64,000 nt of DNA from Takakia lepidozioides (Eukaryota; Plantae; Bryophyta): positions 61,938,001-62,002,000 of the forward strand of contig CM060733.1 in the NCBI GenBank assembly GCA_030704615.1, in the 5' to 3' direction. Below, in pieces: positions 34,950-45,952 of the stretch. Numbering within the stretch: position 1 is the first letter of the stretch; each line of letters starts with the position of its first letter. The notes under the pieces were generated by a model, which made no database searches, was not told the origin of the DNA, and saw nothing but the letters and a program-made list of their open reading frames with translations. Position numbers and translations under genes: made by a program.

Positions 34950-37900
34950 TTTTGCCCACCCCGGTCATATATACTGGGCCTAGCGACAAGTGTTCCATAC
35001 TCTGTTCGTAACACTGGTGCAGCCCGTGACTGCTCTTGCGGTTCAACATGCAAATCATGCTGCAGGGTTTGTCATGGATACCACTGTACCCCTTCAAACT
35101 TATTTGCATTGACTCTTCCCAGCATTTCTTTGTTAATGGTTTGTAACATGGCTGTGTTGTTATCATACATCTTTTGGATGACATAAGGTCCTTTCCATGG
35201 TGATTTAAGCTTAGAAGCTTGAATCTTTCCTTTCTTCTGCAACCATAGAACACAAATCCCCCGTCTTAAAAGTCTTTAATTTGCCTTCATCAAACTTTCC
35301 TTTCGCTTCATCTGAATTCTAGTCATATTATCCGCTGCGTGCATCAGCACGTACTTCTTCACATGGTATAATTCATGTTTCCTGACCTTGATGGAGTCTT
35401 GCAATTCCATTCTTTTTCCCCACTCCGTTCTCATGGTAGGTAACAGGAATTCCACTGGAAGTAAGGCTTCCATACCATAAACTAATTGGAATGGTGTATA
35501 CTTTGTGGTGACTTTATACGAAGTCCTGTATGACCATAAAGCTGTCAGCAGCTTTGTATCCCAATCCGTTCTGTTTGCATTGACTATCTTAGCCAAGATA
35601 GTACATAGTATTTTGTTGGTAGCCTCTGCCTGTCCATTACCCTGTGGGTAATATGTTGTACTCTTTCTATGCACAATCATAAACTCTTTAGTCAATAACT
35701 CAATGGTCTCATTCATGAAGTGACTTCCTTGATCACTGATAAATTCTAAGGGACATCCAAATCGTGTAAGTATGTTCTCGTACAGGAACCTTGCTATGGA
35801 CTTGGCTGTTGTTGTCCCTCAAAGCTTTAGCTTCCACCCACTTTGTAGTATAATCAGTGGCTGTAATTATGTACCTGTTTTGTGTATTCTTGGATGGTGG
35901 ATTAATTGGTCCAACAAAGTCTAGTCCCCATTTCTGAAATGGTTCTGTAGGCATTGTAGGATGCAAGGCCATTCTTCCAGATCTCTGCAAAGGTCCTAGC
36001 CTCTGACATTCATCACACTTCTGACAATACTCATGTACATCTTTGAACAAAGTAGGCCACCAGTATCCTGCGAGTAGTATCTTTCTACTGGTAGTCTCTT
36101 CTCCAAAATGACCTCCAGCCACTCCTTTATGAACTTCCTCCAAGACTTTATTTACTTCATGGTGGTACAAGCATCGTTTTAGTACTCCATCAGGTCCTAA
36201 CTTATACATTCTGCTTCCTACCATAGTATAGGTAAAGCTCTGATAGCAATTCTCTTCCTCTGCTCCTTACCATAACTAGGTGGGCACTGACCATGAACAA
36301 GGGTAGTATCTGATTGGCCACTGCCAATCTAACCATTCATCTGCACTTCCTTGCACCTCCTTACAAATAAACTCGCATTCAGGTAACTGATCGTCCACTC
36401 CTGTGGCGGCCTCTCCCTGTTGTTAGTCGTGACAAATGATCTGCCACAAAGGCAAACGGCCAGGCTTGTATAATAAACCTCGAACTCAAACTCATGCAAG
36501 ATTATTAACCAACCTCGCTATCCTTCCACTTATCAAAGGTTTGTTCACCAGATATATCAGAGCCTGGTGATCCACATAAAACATAAACTTTCTTCCCAAT
36601 AGGTAATGCCTGAATTTCTTCACTGCATAGATCATTGCCAATGCTTCTCTTTCCGTTGTGCTATAGTTCCTCTCAGCACTGTTCATCAACCGGCTAGCAT
36701 AGTACACAGGTGAATCTATATTCCCTGTAACATTCTGGGCTAACACCGCTCCCAACGCTTCTCCTGATGCATCGCAGTGAACATGAAATACTACATGCCA
36801 GTGAGGGTTAATCAGCACAGGTGTAGTTGTTACTGACAGTGTAAGTTCCTCAAACGCCTGTTGACATTCAGCTGTCCATGCAAACACTGCATCTTTCTTC
36901 AGAAGCTTGCTCAATGGTGCTGCTATTTGTGCATACCTTTTGACAAATCTTCTGTAATAACTGGTTTGCCCAAGGAATCTCCTTAAACTCTTAACATTCA
37001 CTGGTGGTGGAGAGACTTTAATGGACTCTGTCTTCCTGGGATCCACAAGGAGTCCCTTCTTACACACAATGTGTCCCAGAAGCACCCCTGAGTTCACACA
37101 GAAAGTACACTTCTCTGGGTTCAAGCCCAGACCTCTCATCCTGCATCTGGCCAGGCATAACTCCAATTTATGCAAGTGCTCATTCTTAGAGCTGTACACA
37201 CTGAAATCATCCAAAACACCTGCATGAAATCATCCAGATACTCTTGAAAAGATTCACTTATCACTCTCTGAAAGGTCGCTGGTGCATTACAAAGCCAAAG
37301 GGCATGACTTTGTATGCATAAGCCCCCCAGTCTGTGATGAAAGCTGTTTTCCCTTGGTCTTCTTCTGCCACTTGCACTTGATTATAACCACTGAAGCCAT
37401 CCATGAATGAGTACATCTCATGGCCTGCCACAGTGTCTAATACTGCTTCTGTGAATGGCAAAGGGAAAGGATCTTTCTTCGTACAAGCATTCAGCTTCTT
37501 ATAGTTCACACATACTCTTAGTTTGCCATTCTTCTTGGGAACTATAACAATGGGTGACAACCAAGTTGTATACTCTATTGGGTATATAAACTTAGCCTCA
37601 GCCAACTTCTTTATCTCTTCTCCAACCTTCTGTGCGTAGTTGGGATTCATTCTATACCTCGCCTGCTTGATTGGTACTGACCCTGGTTCCAGTTCAATTT
37701 TATGCTGACAGACTTCAGGTGGTATCCCTTTTAGATCCTCATAGCTCCAAGCAAATACATCTCTGTATTTGATGAACAAGCTTTTAGCTTCTTCGAAGAA
37801 TCTGGCTCCAAATCAGCTCCTACTTTCACCATTCTCGGTTCCTCCTGAGTTCCCACATTTACTTCTCTCACCTGCTCATCAGCTGTGATTGTCCAACCAG

Positions 37901-38600
37901 TCACCACTTCATCCTTTAAGCTCACAGTGGCTGGTTCTTCTAGGATTTCTATCTCTCCCTCCTTTTCTTCATAGAAATGTGGTGGGTAACAGTTGGTTTC
38001 CTCTTCAATTGGTGTTGCTGTCACTACACCACAGCAGATACCTCTCAAACAACTTAGGCTTTCCAGCCGCATCTCTGCAACCTCCTCCCACTCTGGGTGT
38101 GCAGCAAATAGGGTAGCTTCCTGCTCCTCATCCAGTCCTCCCCTCCAGTCATACTCTCTGACTCCTCGAGGTCTTCTTGTAGCAGGTAATCTACTAGATT
38201 TCTTTGTGGTAATTTGTATCTCGTGCATCCCATTATGCACAGTTAGTAACTGAGAATTCCAGTCATGGAATACCCTGCCTGTTTCAGCCACGGACGTCCC
38301 AATAATAAGGAGTAAGCCTCCATGACTTCATCCATTTTTAATACAGTTACTGTGATCATAAAGATCATTTTCTGTATCTGTATCTTAACTCCTCTTATTA
38401 ATCCCAATGGCTGTACACTTCTTTGATCTGCCATTGTTACTGTAAATGGGGCTGGTTTCATGTTACTTAGACCAAGCTTCTTCCTTAATTGGTCTGTCAT
38501 GATATTTACTCCAGAACCACCATCTATCAGTACATCAGTTAGTTCTGTGCTTTCAATTCTCAATTGGATTACTGGCATAGAATCATCAAAGTCCATGACT
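34950..38600 (-). CDS. pol of C4: aspartic protease, RT, RNase H, integrase (frameshifted in this assembly)
   Basis: [12 protein letters not shown]; [14 protein letters not shown], (L)DDF; CDASG, YYASR..ERE; H..H..CQKCDEC; [16 protein letters not shown]; several 1-bp indels. Confidence 0.92.
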
Positions 38601-41088
38601 GGTTCTCGCCCTTCCGGCTTCACATTATAACTGGTCACCTTGCTGTTCAGGTCTGTGTTTCCTGTCTCTTGGGCAATTCGATTGATTGCCTGATACAGCC
38701 TGTGCCTACAATAAGGTGCCACAGCTAATAGCTGTCCAATGGTAATTTCTGCTTTGGTCTGACATATTACTTCAGCCAAAGTCTCTTCATTACTTTGCAT
38801 GTCTGCATCTTCTTTTTTCCTTTCTTCCTCACTCCCCTCTTTTTCTCCATCCGAATCAGAGGAATCTGCCACAGGAATATCCGTACTCTTTTGCATTTCC
38901 CTTATAGTATCTGCCACTTCCTTGTGCAGTTCCTTCTCATCCTTCCAAGTCTCTTCATCTTCAGGCATATCATTGCCACTTCCAGTCTCATCTTCTTCCT
39001 CTTCTACTGGAGGTATTAGTTTGGCTTTACTTCTTGTTACTATCATTGTACTTACTTCTGGTACAACACATGGCCTAACCATGTGAGCTGCCACCACTGG
39101 GCCCTCATTCACAGGAGCTCTCATCTCATTCTGGTGTCTTATCCAGAATGAACAGGCTGCCTTGCGATGTCCTGGCTGATTACAATAGTAACATAGCTCT
39201 TCACCATTGGGTCCTCGCCCTTGGTCTGGTCTTGGATTATTTCTATAATCCTGATTTCCGGGCTGGTAATTCCCCCTTGGATTACCCTGATAGTTGCCTC
39301 TGGAATTTCCTTGGTAATTCCCTCTTGAATTACCTCTCCCTTCCATGCCATTGTTATAACCACCAGACCTACCATAGTGGTCCTGATCATTGCTTCTTCT
39401 TGGCTGGGGCTGCACCTGATGCACCCTCACTTGCCTAGGTTCTCTTGCAGCTGTCCTTCTGTTGTAGTAACAATTCTCAGTAGAATGGTTATCCATTTTA
39501 CAGATAGTACAGTGTTTCTCCTTCATGTGGCATTCTGTAGTGGTATGGCCTTCATTCTGGCACTTTGCACACCATACACCCTTCCTCCAATGTGTTGCAG
39601 CCTCTGTGGCATACTTCTTCAAGATTTCTTCCAATCTTTTCTCATAGTTATCCCTCTTCAACTTTTCCTTTCTCTTACTCTTTCTTTTTAGTTCTTGCTC
39701 TTCTTCTTCATCTGACTCATCTTCAGAGTCCTCATCTTCCTTTTTCTCTCTCCTGAGCATTCCCAATTGCTCAATTCTGTTTGCAGTTTCAAATGCCTCC
39801 TCCACTGTATTATGGGGTAACATATCCACTTTCTTCTGCAACTCTGGTCTTAGTCCACTCACAAACCAAGTCTTCTGTAAACCGGGTGCTGGTACTGCAG
39901 CCAGCTTTTTCATCATCAATTCCATCTTCTCCATATACTCTTCAACAGTTTCATGCTTCTTCTGCTTCAGCTGTTGTAAACTTCCATACACTTCATCCTC
40001 AGTTTTACTTGTCCTGAACCTATTTCGAAATGCTGTATTCAAGCCATTCCAGGTTAGGAAATGATTATCAGGGAATCTTGCATACCATTCACTTGCTTTC
40101 TTGATAAGTGAACAAGGAAACAGTCTCATCTTGGCATCATCGCCATTCTCATTGTTCACTATACACATGTGCTCAAATTGGCTAATGTGTACATCGGGAT
40201 CCCCTTTTCCTGAATATATTGGAAAGGGTGGTTTTGCCCGTGTTGGTTGTAACGCCATCTGTGGCCCTACCTTCTGCCCACTGACAGGTGCTGGCACCCT
40301 TGCTGGTGCTGGTCCTTCTGGACCTGTTGTTTTTGTGGTGGATCTTCCACCAAGTGGTGGCCCTTGAGCACTCCCTGCTTCTGGCCCCACGATATTCACA
40401 GTATTCCCAGCTTCAGTTGCACTACTTCCCACACTCCCTGTCCCCCAGAGCCAGATCCAGGCAGCCCGCCTGATCCCCCTGAGCCGACACCTTCGTTGGC
40501 CTGTGATCTAAGTGCTCCACTTGATCCAGGTCCAACGGGTTGGGATGTCCTGGTTGTAGTCTCAACCTCAGCTGTTGGGTCTACTTCTTCATATTCTTCC
40601 TCTTCCAATTTCTTCTCTCTGTTTTCATCCTCCAAGTTCTGCCCTTGGGTTTCTTCTTCACTCATGTAACTCAACTGTAATGGTGTTGGAGAGTCTGAAC
40701 TCTCCGTTGGCTCTGCCACATCCTCATCTCCTTCTTCATCTTCTGCTTCAGAAACTGGAGTTCCTGCTTTTGGTGTTCCATGCCAACTCTTATCAAAGAT
40801 TTCTGTCAAGTCTTTTATCCAAGGATGTACCTCAGATCTTTCACCTCGTGATTGATCTTCTTCCTGTACCAATTCCCTTAATCTTTCTTGCAAAGAAACA
40901 GAAGGAGTGGCATCCAACTCTAGTTCTTCCGGTATAGGTGATGCACTTTTTGATCTTGATGGTGTGAGAGGTCCAGATGATTCCCCTATGTCTATTCCTC
41001 TCTCCCAAAGATATGGATAATTAGCTTTCAGATAGCTTTCTCTTTTTGATGAATATCTTTGTCGTCTAGCTTCTCTTTCATCACTCAT
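38601..41088 (-). CDS. gag of C4 (retrotransposon gag domain, three CCHC zinc knuckles)
   Basis: YSGKGDPDVHI..MRLFPCSL..A.EWY..TW..F..RF..QKKHETVEEY; CAKCQNEGHTTTEC, CTICKMDNHSTENC, CYYCNQPGHRKAAC; a 1-bp C-run frameshift at ~40445 that is absent in copy C1. Confidence 0.92.
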
Positions 41089-41109
41089 GTCCCATGTCTT
41101 TCATTTCTT

Positions 41110-41805
41110 TTAATGTGGCAATAACCAAAACTCTCTTCTGTAATATCTCTCGTATATGCCTGGATTTCTTTCAAGCTTCAATGCACCCTTGGCTATACTT
41201 GAAGTCTCCGTTACCATATAACCATATGGCAAACAAGTCTGAAAAGCTGTTCTTGGTGTGAGTTTGATCCACAAAATATCCTTTGGAATCCAATTCTTTA
41301 CCAGTACAAGCTCTTCATGCATATGAGTATAAACATTCACCTTTCTTTCTTCCCAGCCTTCAAACTCTACTCGTTTAATGGATAGCAACGCTATCACATA
41401 AACTAATGTTGGTAACCAACGTGCTCTTCCTCTACAGGCTACCTGATAAATCTTTATCACTCCTTTCTCCAGACCCCATTCTGGATCAGCATCATGCACT
41501 CGTTTAAGAATATTTTCTTTACATCCGTCTGGCAATTCCAAGAACCTTTGAAAGAATTGTTTGGACAATCTTTCTTCCTTCGTTCCACAGGGAATTTGAT
41601 TCACTTCAAACTCTTTAATGGTCCAACCACCATGATCCCACCAGATGCCTGTCACATCTGGTTGTTCATGTCCCAGGTCCCCAGTATGGTCGCCAAATGT
41701 CGCGCGGCTTTTACTCACCCATCCCTTCGCTATCCGAGGCGGAAACTCCAAGATAGAAGAGTTGGAAATCTCTAAGTACTCAGCCCGCGCAGAACAATCA
41801 GTCAT
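41110..41805 (-). CDS. ORF0: 231-aa ORF of unknown function that starts in the LTR U5 and runs through the PBS to just before gag
   Basis: Open in C4; homologous in C1 (15350-15943) with synonymous differences (CTG/TTA, GTG/GTA); ATG conserved in all family C LTR 3' ends. Confidence 0.62.
   Translation of the reverse strand: MTDCSARAEYLEISNSSILEFPPRIAKGWVSKSRATFGDHTGDLGHEQPDVTGIWWDHGGWTIKEFEVNQIPCGTKEERLSKQFFQRFLELPDGCKENILKRVHDADPEWGLEKGVIKIYQVACRGRARWLPTLVYVIALLSIKRVEFEGWEERKVNVYTHMHEELVLVKNWIPKDILWIKLTPRTAFQTCLPYGYMVTETSSIAKGALKLERNPGIYERYYRREFWLLPH
41678..41695 (-). promoter_or_regulatory. Primer-binding site TGGCGACCATACTGGGGA (tRNA-Arg-type)
   Basis: 2 nt after the 5' LTR; starts TGG; 15/18 identical to the Ogre/Tat tRNA-Arg PBS TGGCGACTCCACTGGGGA; also present in C1 at ~15816-15833. 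Confidence 0.8.
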
Positions 41806-42633
41806 GACCTACAGCTAGTGTATCATGGGGGTGTTTCCTATTTGTTTCCTTTTCCGCATTCATCTTTGCTACCTTACCATTGATAATTAAGTATCAGTTT
41901 GCTTCATCAATTTATCGGTTTCCTTAACTCCTCCATTCAATCCACAACTTCACTCAGATCTCTCTACACAGTGTGATTGTATCGTATAAGTATCAGATTA
42001 TGATTTATCAGGTATCAGGCCGAATCCATTATGTCTCTAATCTACTCTACAATATCACTCTAGCTTTGCATATGACAAGCTTCTACTAATCCTCTTTTCT
42101 CCTTCATGTGCTCTCCGATCTCCGCTCCCGCCTGTCTCCGAAGTCCTCCCCGAATAATGATCCCAATCATATTCCCCGTTCTTCCCTTTATCCTCCTATC
42201 CGCGGTTCTAACCGTTTCCCTCTCTAACCGTCGTATGTGAACTAACATGTTCCCTTCACTGGTGTTGTTCCCCACAGTCGTTCCCTGTCCTACTCTTCAT
42301 TCCCTATTATCGTGACAGCTGTGTCAAGCGGTGACTGGCTGTGTTTGGCTGTGTCGGGCTGTGTCTGCTGTGACGACTGTGACGGGCTGTGTGGGCTGTG
42401 TGAGCTGTGACGACTGTGACGGCTGTGTGGGCTGTGACGACTGTGACGGGCTGTGTTGGCTGTGTGGGCTGTGTGGGCTGTGACGACTGTGACGGGCTGT
42501 GTTGGCTGTGTAACCCCCTTCTACCGTGCGCTGCTGTCACCCCTAAGGTTCCTGTTTGTCTCAGTCTGTGCAAAAATTAAGGGTACCCTACAGATCCCGT
42601 ATAAGTGTCTAAGTCCCCTACAGTCCTCTAACA
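41698..42633 (-). repeat. 5' LTR of C4 (936 bp)
   Basis: Matches the 3' LTR except for a few substitutions and a 36-bp length difference in the CACAG array. Confidence 0.95.
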
Positions 42634-43140
42634 AGGAGAGCGACAACGAAAAGAGAGGGACTTCACGGGGAGCGTTTCTGGGTCATGCATGAGAGGAGAT
42701 CAAGCGGAGAGGAAGAATGAGAGCACGGAGAAGCAGGAGAGATGAACAGTAGATGCTTGTTACATGCAAAGTTGTAGTGATACTGTAGGGCGGATTAATG
42801 TCACCATGGCATTGGCCTTATACTGATAAATCATAATTTGATACTTATTCGATACAATCGCACTGCGTAGAGAGACATGAGTGAAGCTGTGGAATGAATG
42901 CATGATTAACGGGAAATTAATAGATACTGAAGCAATCTGATGCTTCAGTATACACGGTAAGGTAAATTCATAACATGAAGGCGAGAAGGAATACAAATAG
43001 GAAGCACAACCATGATACACTAGCTGCAGGTCATGACTGATTGTTCTGAGTGGGCTGAGTGCTTAGAGATATCCAACTCTTCTATCTTGGAGTTTCCACC
43101 TCGGATAGCGAAGGGATGGGTGAGTAAAAGCCGCTCGACA

Positions 43141-45950
43141 AATGGGCTCTGGTATCAGAGGCTACATAGACAATATTTTGGAGTTGAAACGAGTGAGCAA
43201 GTACGATTACATCCAGGACAATGTATTTCCCAGGTCAAGGTGCCATCAAAGTTTTTCTTTTCAAAATGTCGACTATTGGGGAGGGCAGTGGGGTTAGCCT
43301 CGTGAAGCGGATGCAGAAGACTGGGGACTTGCAGAACTGTTTTCTTGTGTTTGATTATGTGAAATGAGTGAAGGATTGGACGACAATGGCTTGTCATGTC
43401 TACGATCCAGTGTACCAACGAGTTATGACAATTGCAGTTTGTGACATGCAATCCGAGGATACGGAATCCCAGAAGCTCATGTGGAATTTCCTGATACGTG
43501 TCATGGGCTGCCATGGGCTGCCATCTCCAAATTTTGCAGGTTTCATGGCGGATAGTGCTCAAGCAAATTTCAATGCTGTTCGTATTGTCTTCGGATCGGG
43601 CGACCCAAAAGTGCCAATGCGAGGAAGAGAGCGTACATGTCTATTCCATTGGACACAATCTCTGGAAAAACATACAAAGTCGGACATCAAACCAGAGATG
43701 CAGACTCAGCACCATAAATTGTGCAAAGAGTACAAAGATGCTAGAACAATGAAGGAGGCAGACACTTTGTTCCAGACAATTTGTGCCTGGTGGTTTTCTT
43801 CTGGAGCTGCATCACTTGAGAGTATGATAGCATTGGAAGATTGGCTGGCGTTTTGGCACTTCCGGTATAGACAGTGGGGAGCACCCATGCCAGTGGTACG
43901 AGGCTTATATTTCTTGCTTTATTCATACATTTACTTTCCATTTTATTGTCTCCTCGCTTTCTTTATGTTGTTTTCTGTTCACTGTTTTGAAGTGTGGTTC
44001 TCCACTTTGCAGAACATGTCCATTGAGGAAATGGCGGACATGCCATCTTGCAATTTGGCAGAAACTGTGCACAACGCATGGTTGCAGCAGTCTGGGAAAC
44101 GAGGTCGGGATTTGTATGTGGCAACAACAGATGATTTGATACGTGCCTTGCAACAACAAACCCGATACCGTGATTTCTTGCGAGGTAGGGTTGGTGGCAA
44201 GGGTCCGGACAAATGAGAGTTGATGTTGCGTGCTGCAAACAGATCTGGGGATCCAATCAAGATAGCACGGGCGGTGAGCATGTATGCCCAGGGAACGCCA
44301 CTTGTTTCTAGAGTTCCACATCTTGAAGGAGAGGAGAGATTCGGTTCCTGTAAGAGGAAATTGAACACTCCACCTGGTTCGGATTCCAATTCACACAGGG
44401 CAGACCGTGATAACTTCTCAAAGCCTCGTGTTCCCCTGTATGACAGCTCCATGTCCGGAACCTCCATTGTGGAGGAACCTCCAACACGACGGCAAGCTCC
44501 AGCATCAAACAGTGCCACTGAAATGGTGCAGGAGAGAAACAACCCCCTTGATGTGCTTGAGTCCGCATGCCCCGACCACATTTGGCACATAGAACGCACA
44601 AGTGTAGGGTCTCGTGTGAAATGTATAGCGATCAGGGCAACTAATTTCGAGAAGTGCACTTCATCTATATCCAGAGGTGGTGCCCGAACTCCTGCTCCGA
44701 CTTTCACGGGTTTGATGCGTCCATACGGTCAACCAGAAGCCAAGAACCACAAGTTTTGGTTCTGCGCAGATGATTGTGCCAGATGTGTGCATGGAACTGT
44801 GCGTCCTTCCGTAGTGATGAAGCCATCTCCTCCAACCGTTTGGCCCGTGAAGGTGGGAACACATCTCAGATTTTAGGAGATTGAAATGCTGGAGGAGGCA
44901 GGCTTTTCCCTTGCGAGACAACCCCAACTCCATGCATGTGCTACTACTTCTGCGTCCTCCCGGGTCCCCCCAGCAAATCCTGACTTGTGGCCAACCAAAC
45001 GAGATGGAAAGCTCGTTCGGAGTTTCCCTCCAACCGTTGAACACTTTGGCAAAGTGGAGTCTGCAAGAATGCTCCAAGCTCGTGTTGGAAGCACCACGGA
45101 AGTACCTGATCCAGGATATGGTCGGGTATTCACAATCATCACTTCCACATCTGCTGTTCATGACAGGACCTACGACATCACGGTTTCCAATTTCCCCAAT
45201 TGCACATGTCTTGATTTTGTGAATATGCTATCAACCAGTTTGGGCAAGAGAGGTAAATTAACATTTGTATTTCATATTTTTGAAGAGGATGGTTTGCGAT
45301 CCCAAACGTGACAACTTCATTCTCCAGGCCACTATGAGTTTCAACGAGGTTGATACTCTATTGCAACGGGATACAACACATGGGTAGCATCAACTATGCA
45401 ATGTGGTATGTGGACGACCATGATTTGAAATGTGTAATTCACATCAATTCGTCGGCGGTGCAATGATATGGCCTCCAACTATACTTAGTGAGCTCTGAGT
45501 GGCAACTTTTAAAAGCACATTTGTCATTGCACCGTTCGAAGTCTACATGTCTTGCTGTCGCTATGCACTACAATCATCTTTTGAAGATGATCCTAACTCT
45601 CATTGTTATTTGAGGAGGGAGAAAGGTCTTCCCGTGGCAGCCTCTATGGCGCACACTTTGTGAGGATATTTTCTTGTCCTCGTAATTGTAAAAGTGAAAC
45701 AAGCATTTGTAATTGCACAATGTTGGATGCTACAATTGTAGGCCTCATGGTAGTCTTGATTCTATTTAGGCAAGATTCCCTGCAATAATTCCACGTCATA
45801 GGACAATCCTCGCGGCGCATGTTAATGCTGACGTGGCAGATGACGGACAGTGTCACGTTATCATTTGCCGCCACATCAGCATGCTGACATGACGCTCACG
45901 CCACGTCAGCTGGCGTGAGCGTACGCTCGCGCGCTCACGCCATTGCGTTG
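43141..45950 (+). mobile_element. MULE family M2 copy a (related to M1): 5'-truncated transposase pseudogene (43141-45387) with DDE core and SWIM, plus subterminal motifs
   Basis: FMADSAQANF, TCLFH, CNLAETVHNAW, PNCTC; intron 43896-44012 at the same position as in M1; GCTGACGTGG/CGCTCACG motifs at 45820-45945. Confidence 0.87.
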
Positions 45951-45952
45951 TT

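Larger units (their letters stand above)
29334..42633 (-). mobile_element. Full-length non-chromovirus Ty3/gypsy LTR retrotransposon C4 (13.3 kb; Athila/Phygy-like, no extra RNase H seen)
   Basis: TSD AGGAG (29329-29333 and 42634-42638); near-identical LTRs 41698-42633 and 29334-30233; PBS; PPT; order gag-PR-RT-RH-INT followed by an extra ORF. Confidence 0.96.
26083..43140 (+). mobile_element. Family C copy C3: degenerate 3' ORF (26083-28900) and a 3' LTR split into 28939-29333 and 42639-43140 by insertion of C4
   Basis: Homology to the 1404-aa ORF; the LTR halves rejoin across TSD AGGAG; ends GCCGCTCGACA at 43140. Confidence 0.88.
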
